DNA of 64,000 nucleotides from Eledone cirrhosa. Taxonomy: Eukaryota. Below, piece by piece: positions 56,020-64,000 of this stretch. The position numbers and the translations under genes are program-made. Under the pieces are notes generated by a model. That model ran no database searches and was not told the origin of the DNA. It worked only from the letters and a program-made list of their open reading frames with translations. The number at the start of each line of letters is the position of its first letter. Within the stretch, counting starts at the first letter, position 1. Where the stretch lies: assembly GCA_964016885.1 (NCBI GenBank), contig OZ024750.1, positions 1,612,001 to 1,676,000 of the forward strand, in the 5' to 3' direction.

Positions 56020-56740
56020 TTATTTATTTATATTAAACAAGAGAAGAATGACTTCACTGGTGGTTTGTGTTCTTCAATTATTCTTCAAATATTTAGAGTA
56101 ATTCGTTATTTATATAAGTCTGGTTAAAATGATGTCTAAGGGGATGACATCAGGGTAGAGATTATGTTCACGTGCAGTTATCGTTGTTGAGTGTATCAGT
56201 TATTTACCATTGCTAGTGTATATTGTTTGAATGTGATTAGTAGAAGTGCATCAAATGCATGAATAGACGTAGGTTTTTCTCTGTGGGATATGTCTGTAAA
56301 GTACAGGCTGTAAAGTGTGTGTGTACTTGTAACTAAGCATAAATGTAATCGCGTATGTGTTTGGTGTTTGCTACCGTGTATGAAAGATGGATGTTTGTAT
56401 GTAGCTGTATGTATGTGTAGTATGTATGTGTGTGCGATATACATAGGGTGTTTTTATGTGTACGTATATGATAGAAATAAATGTAGTACCTTATATATGT
56501 CTGTTGTGTGTATGTGTGAGTAACATCGTATGTTTTGAAGACTGTAGTGTTGTTTTGTGACATGTGTGTGCATTTATTTTTACTATGTATGTGTATGCGA
56601 TTTGAACTGTGATGTTGGTACGTGATTAGATACTAGTAGGAAGCGTGGGGGTGTTTAGTGTAGTATTGAATAAATAACACAAACGCGGGGATGCAAACAA
56701 CACAGTCTTATTCATGTGTGTGTGCGTATGCAGGTATATA

Positions 56741-56815
<75 letters not shown>

Positions 56816-57159
56816 TCTCATATTTGCGTGTCAGTAGTCTATCTATGTTTTATTGAATATACCACTATATTCTAGAGCCAACTTTGGTTTTATTAATGAT
56901 ATATCAATCACATATGATCGTCGAGAACAATAAATATTCTAGGTCCGGCGGTGTTTCAAGACTTCCTTCTTTTATGGTCAGCTTGAAATTATTTTTGTTA
57001 TTGACATTTTTATGTTGTGCCTGTTATTTTTTCTTGTCTTTCAATCTCACCGGACGTTCATTTTTCATGGCTTCTGGTGACAGTACGTTACGTTCAACCA
57101 TCAGATTATATTTTTGTGGTTTTATCTCATATTATTAGTATTTTACTACAATAACCGTG

Positions 57160-57445
57160 TGAGGCTGTCTATCATAAGGTCGTAAGATCGATTCCCAAGG
57201 GCGCGTTGTATATTGAGTATGACGGTTTATACCACGTTTTCACAGGCCACTCAGCTGGCAAAAAAAATGAGTTGTAGCTTGTAATCGGAAATGCCAATCT
57301 TGTCACACTAAATCTCCCTGAGAACTATGGTAAGTGTTCCCGTGTTGGTAGAATGCTTACTCATTCGCAAGTTAATTTTACAAGCAAGGTGTAGTGTTGT
57401 TTGAAAAACTGAAACACTCGTCGTCGGAACTGACAGAGTACCAAT
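57160..57445 (+). mobile_element. SINE family B, diverged copy
   Basis: Shares ccactcagctggcaaaaa, cctgagaacta, gttaattt.acaagcaag and aacactcgtcgtcg with the 4015 copy. Confidence 0.75.
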
Positions 57446-57893
57446 GCACCTGAACAAGTCCATTAATGAGAGAGCGGTGAAGTACAGGATTAATCTGCTA
57501 CTTTTCCTCCTCGTGTAGGTAGACGGATTGTTCTAAAAAATAGTATGGTTTAATCTATCGATGTTTTATCAAGTTGTTTTTCTGATCATCATAACATCGA
57601 TATATCGTCTTCTCCTCTCGGGAATACTGTAGGCTTTATTATAATTAATGTGTCCTATTTTATGACGGCAGGGGTTGAGGGAGATTTGGAAACTATTTTT
57701 AAATCACGTAAAAACACATTTGTTGAATAGTTCTTTTGTGTATCTCTGTTTGCAATGTGCGCATGTGCAAGCATCTATGTATTTTGCAAGATATAATGTA
57801 CTTTAATGAGAGTTTGTTGGTGTTATTGTTAAGCCCCCAGGTTCTGATTATGAAGATCTAAGAACAAATGACTCTTATGTGAAGTATATCTTA

Positions 57894-57997
<104 letters not shown>

Positions 57998-58127
57998 ATA
58001 TATACATATTGCAAACATACACTTTGTAAGCACTCTGAGCCAGGCTTTGTCCTTACTAGTTCATTCCATAATTCATTGAGTGAGTAATGTGTGCAACCGA
58101 GATTATAGTTGATACTATAACCTCGTT

Positions 58128-58195
<68 letters not shown>

Positions 58196-58290
58196 AAAAA
58201 TATTGATGTAATTCAATTCAAGAACTCAACGTGCATTTTCACAGCCTTATCAATAAAGGACTTTATCAGCTAAACTTTGTATTTTCTTAT

Positions 58291-58380
<90 letters not shown>

Positions 58381-59370
58381 CGAGATTGCATTCGTTAGCT
58401 TGGCTGCAACCAGAGCTTCGATGATGCTGTACTAAATGTTGTATATATATATATGGGTAGTTCTAATTTACGTCTTTGATAATTTAATCAAATATAGCTA
58501 TAAAACTTTAACATTTTATGTAGAAATTAACTGAAATTTTAAAAGTAATTGCAATCAGCTACCCAGAGTAAATCTCATTTATGATATTAGTTAGCAAATC
58601 AAGCACAGTATTTAATATTTACTGTGTAATTTGTTTCTGTTTTGCTGGCTATTGTATCTGTTGTATTTACAGATGAATGTTTTATAATTATAGCAGGTTT
58701 CAAAACAAACATCTCGTCAGAACATTTAATGTTCAGTATTAACCAATTTCAAGCTGACATAATAAAAATGTCATTAATATCATCTCATACACTGTATAAA
58801 GTTATGGAATTCTTCAAACAATGAAGGGTTTCCACAGTTTATTAGTTCAATGGATTAAGAAGGAAATATGACAAATCGTTAATCAAAGCGAAAGGACTGA
58901 TTGTGTATTGGCAGAACCATTGGAGTGTCACTGCACAAAATACCTTGTATTATTTGTTCCGATGGAGGGATGTTACATTACCTTCCTTATGACCTCCCCA
59001 CTCCCTGAAACTTAAAACCTTCTACAGATCAACGGGTTGGGGTGGCGAGGGAGGGTTTGGGGGATGGCAGGGAGGGGGATGGCCGGCAGTGGTGGTGGGG
59101 TGGAATTCATTTGAAATTGGAGGAAAAGAATAGAAAAGAACAAAGGAAGAATGAATATATAAAATTATATCTTAAAAACATTGGAGCTTGAAGGTAATCT
59201 TATCTGATCCACCATCATTTCAGATATCAACCCCTTCCTCACCACCATCAACACCCCACCAACATCGACATCCCACCACCATCGACACCTCACCACCATC
59301 AACACCCCAACACTGCCATTTAACTTATATATTTATCCAATTTTATCCCTGCAGCAGCAGTAACAGCAAC

Positions 59371-59447
<77 letters not shown>

Positions 59448-59481
59448 CAGTAGTAGTAGTAGTAGTAGCAGCAGCAGCAAC

Positions 59482-59539
<58 letters not shown>

Positions 59540-59550
59540 GTATTAGTAGT
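59371..59550 (+). repeat. (AGT)n microsatellite
   Basis: Directly visible. Confidence 0.97.
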
Positions 59551-60247
59551 ATAGAGGTGAACCCCATTAAGTGAGGGGGGGGGACACAAAGAATCTATAA
59601 ATTGATTTTAATTATTTTATTTATTATTATTATTATTTTATGTGTAGGGGCGGTGAATTGTCAGTAACCGGTAGAGCGTCGTACACCATGCTTTGTAGGA
59701 TATAGTTACGGCCCTTTATGTTCTGAGTTTAAATCCCATTGATATATATATATGTGTGTGTGTGTGTGCCTGTGTGTGTGTGGGCGTTGTGTGTGTGTGT
59801 GGGGGGGGGGGGGGGGGGGTGATACATACATGTATGTATATCGTGAAGATAAGTATAATGTGGAGCTCTTTTCTGATATCCTGAAGCTTGGTTCAGAAAC
59901 TGTTTTGTTGGTCTCAGAGTGATCGATGTCGTGAATCAGCGATTGACTCCATCCAAGTCTGTAGGCCTCCACTCTATTGATTATATCATAGAATACTACA
60001 TATAATATACAAATAAACTTGTTTACCTTACATATGACATGCATATACATACCTTACAGTTAGCATGCATATACATACATGTATACCTTCATACATTCAT
60101 TTATATATCTATATATAAACATGTGTGTGAGTGTAGGTATTTATGTATGTGTTTCTTCCGTCTCTCTCTATCTATCTATCTGTATGTATATATATGTTTC
60201 TGTGTGTGTGGTCGACTAAGCGTGCAAGAATGAGAGGTCTGAAAGAC

Positions 60248-60258
60248 AGAGAGAGAGA

Positions 60259-60338
<80 letters not shown>
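60248..60338 (+). repeat. (GA)n microsatellite; complementary (CT)n at 60661-60723
   Basis: Directly visible. Confidence 0.97.
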
Positions 60339-60343
<5 letters not shown>

Positions 60344-60612
60344 TTAGAAAGAGGGAGTGAGAAATAACCTTACTTTCCTTTGGAAACTAATGTAATTTGT
60401 TGTCTAACTCGCTTGCTTGTCAATACAGACAAATAAATAAACAAACAACAATACTGAGCTGTCGCTGACTAAAAATTAGTACTAATCGCTGAAGCTGGAC
60501 ACAATTTAAGAGATTCGACCTTTCTATATATATATAAATGGCCGACACTAATTAAGGTCAGTAATCGAGATAACTAACAATTACTTAAACATCTGCTGAG
60601 CTAAGAGCTTAC

Positions 60613-60617
60613 TTCAT
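60613..60617 (-). CDS. Candidate innexin first coding micro-exon (ATG AA) followed by donor GTAAGC
   Basis: The minus strand reads ...GAAAACTACAGATC ATG AA|GTAAGC. This phase-2 donor matches the phase-2 acceptor and would give MKLNSLLGGFATYSRLKG. It is preceded by a purine-rich, 5'UTR-like tract. No transcript evidence. Confidence 0.45.
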
Positions 60618-60656
60618 GATCTGTAGTTTTCTTCTTTGTTTTCTTCTTCTTCTTCT

Positions 60657-60726
<70 letters not shown>

Positions 60727-60972
60727 TTTGCCCACCAACGAAATTAATGCACAAGATTCAAACTGTTTCATAACTCGTTCGACTACCCGTCATTATTTCT
60801 ATAGAAATTATCATATTACAAGTCAGTCTGTTCAAGTCTGTTCAATACCCTTTTTAAAATGAAGTATACACATTGTTCACCTTTTTTTTTCATATATATA
60901 TATATTCGTATATTTTTTTAGACATTTTAGAATTTCATTTTGTCTATTCATTTTGTTAAGCGAATCAAATAA

Positions 60973-61010
<38 letters not shown>

Positions 61011-61163
61011 CAAGATGTATGGTAGGTCGTATGTGAATCGCGATGATCACGTCTGACCTACCAAATATGTGACGGTAGCTAGTTAAGCTCTATGCGTATA
61101 CGCAGAGCAGAAATATTAGTGAAAAAGAACAAAGGAACTATTATGACATTATAACGAGTTTAT

Positions 61164-61210
61164 TGCCGACAGCCGTTTCGTCCGACCATATGGTGGGACT
61201 TTTCAAGGCA
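61164..61210 (-). ncRNA. Minimal type I hammerhead ribozyme, U3-A8 core variant
   Basis: UGCC-UUGAAAA-GUCC(CACCAUAUGGUC)GGAC-GAAA-CGGCUGUC-GGCA. Stem I is UGCC/GGCA, stem II is GUCC/GGAC plus ACCA/UGGU, stem III is near-palindromic (ACGGCUGU), and the cleavage triplet is GUC. Confidence 0.8.
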
Positions 61211-61805
61211 TATAACATGTGATTGTAAGATCATTATTTACATCAACGTATCACTCAAGGCTAGCAGTTTGAAATTGTGGTATACATCAGCAGCTCCGCT
61301 TGTATAGTTGGGGTCTATATTCTAAGGGGGCTCTTTTATATTAGTTGTCGGGGTCAGGGATTGAAGGTTAAAAATTAGATAATATATAATTTACGCATTA
61401 ACAGTAAACTAAAAGACTTGGGATCCCGTAGAAGCACCTTAAAAAATCCCTCAATAAGTGCATAAAGCTTGCAGGCTCCAATAAGCCTAATAAACTAGAA
61501 GAAATTAAGAGGCTAATAAAATAAAAAATAAAAATATAAAGTTCCCCTAAAAAATATAAAGTTTCCTATGAAATTCCTTCGAGAGAAAAAATTTTTTTCC
61601 CCATATATATATATATAAGACATAATAAAGAAGACATACGCTAATTTATAAAGCAAGGTATCAATTTATCGTTAGATTATCTTAGGTCATTTCTTATTCT
61701 TATCTAGTCATTGTAGCAGAACGATTGAGACTAATTGGTCATTTGTGTCCGTGTATATTTTTTATTATCATCAAAATCTTCCTTACTATCATTATCATTA
61801 TTATC

Positions 61806-61855
<50 letters not shown>

Positions 61856-62130
61856 CATTATTCTTATTAATATTATTTGAAAATGGCATTGAAGACGTCT
61901 AGCCAGTTAATGTTGATAAAGCAGAGAAATGGCATTTTTTGTATTATTCATTGTGGAACAATTTTGCTGGATGTATTGTGATGAGTTAATGACTGCTGCC
62001 ATTATTGTGTAGACACTAGGACGCCATATTAGTTTCAATAAAGAATCTATCGAAATGTCTTTGAAAACAGATTGAAATATAGGTATATATATATATATAA
62101 AGAGAAAGAGAGTGAGAGAGAGATAAACAG

Positions 62131-62252
<122 letters not shown>

Positions 62253-64000
62253 TTTTTCTCTGAATAACTCACTACCATTATGAATTACCCGTGCATCATT
62301 GAATATAGTAAATATAATTCTTGAAGAAACTATTCAAAGAATTGTATGATGTAATACATTTTTAGATAGCGTCTGTATTTTGTGGACTACAACGTTCAAC
62401 TTCTTACATTTATTTGTTATTTAAGTCCCTGAATAATATTTATTAAGTGTGGATTAGGAGGGCATTTTGACATTTAGGTATATTTCAATTTAAGCATAAC
62501 AAGGAGTTATGTAACCCTTTAAAGTTTCTAATTACAGAAGGATTTCGGGAAACTCTAATGAGTACGTTGTTAAAATCTCTTCATCGGTTTTGTTTTCCCT
62601 ATAAGTGTGAGATAATAATATCACTGTCTTAGTAATGACGAAGCTCTAAGCTTAAGATCTGTAATCCTTATCCGTTTCAAGAGGTTTCATTGTGTCCTTG
62701 AGCAAATAATTACATTAATTTGTCATGAAGATAATCACAGAAAATATTGAATGTGCTGGCTTCCGGAATACTAAGGTTAAATAACAAATGTCAAATGGAA
62801 CAAGAAGGTTATTAAAGAAATCATTCAGGTCAAGAGAAGTATTAGCAAGATTTAATAACATACAAAGATTAAAAGAACAATAAATGACTACAAGAATCTC
62901 ATTTATATTGATCTGGTATATTTGTGTAATGCATCAAACATATATATCAATGACGTTGTGCAACGTTCGTGATTTAAAAAAGTCATTTACGATGTAAGCT
63001 ATAATTTAGCAAGGAAATAAGGTTGCAGAGTAGAGATTCTGAGATTCCATCTATAATATTAATTGAATGTAGATGGCATTCTCGTTGCCCAAGAACCACG
63101 ATAGAGTTATACGTACAAGGAATTAGTTCTAACGATTTAATGTCCTTCATATATATATATTTGCTCAACTGATAAAGAGACTAAACACATTCAAACAAAC
63201 TTCACATGAAAACTATAACGCTTTGCCGCCATTACATTGCATCATACAAAATGGATTCTATTCCATTTTAGTTCCAGGTAAGCATACACTCTAATTGTTA
63301 ACACCACATCCCACCGCAATAGAAAATTATGCTGTCAAAATGTCTGTTATACGATAGTATCTTCTAAATATTTTCCGGAAGGAACTGTAGAAGCAACAAC
63401 AGTAACAAAAACATCTCTTATTAGATAGGGGAACATAAGGTGAATGGGGTTTTGATATACTAATAAAAAATATATAATGATGCAGAGAGAAAATTCTGGA
63501 AAATAATTCACAACATCCGGGTAGATAGACAGCTGTTGTGGCTTATAGAAGCTATTTTCAGAGCAGTTTGAAACTTTATTCTAGGAACGTAAAATTTCGG
63601 ATGGACATATGGTATGAAAAATCGGGATCGGATCACTCGATCCAATGAATACACAATTATTTCTGTTGTATGTCTTATTTTCCTTCGACTGCGAAATTTA
63701 TTGCTACACACTGGATTTATTCAATCCTACTGGCGAACATGAAACTTATAAGTTTCCAGAATAAAGGGTTAAAAAGATTGGCCGACATCTAGTTAAGGTG
63801 GTGGTATATTTAGGTATTGTAGTCAGATATAACACGTTGGGCCATTCACAATAATGTGATGTAAAACATTCTACAGTAAATAAAAGCAGTCAAATTATTT
63901 CATATTTCACACCTGATATCGACCGAAGGGTCAGGGTCAGCATGCATTTGATTATAAGTCTGCTTAATCTATGATGACTAAGATTAAAGAACATAGGTTA

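Noticed and set aside
59860-59905. CTGATATCCTGAA...TTCAGAAACTG hammerhead-like hairpin (also near 10538 and 24839)
   Set aside because: Too many core changes and no stem I, so it cannot be told from chance by eye.

Overview
Very AT-rich, microsatellite-dense animal genomic DNA. It is most likely octopus/coleoid cephalopod, inferred from the innexin and from SINE and microsatellite content, not from a database match. The only real protein-coding gene is a minus-strand innexin (unc-9/unc-7-like gap-junction protein) with almost its whole CDS in one exon (17681-18887). A phase-compatible candidate first exon (ATG AA|GTAAGC) lies about 42 kb upstream at 60613-60617. The rest is tRNA-derived SINEs, Tc1/mariner MITEs, decayed LINEs and simple repeats, and nearly all ORF-track entries are translated microsatellites. 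The least explained signal is a dispersed set of minimal type I hammerhead ribozyme motifs. Two look structurally intact (34100-34144 and 61164-61210, both on the innexin strand) and about ten are decayed. They sit in fold-back or direct-plus-inverted repeat modules next to (TA)n tracts, which suggests Penelope-like/retrozyme-type elements. Also notable are an R4/Dong-like retrotransposon 3' end inserted in an (ACAT)n array and a fold-back element with two convergent tRNA-like Pol III heads. All pairings and alignments were done by eye.
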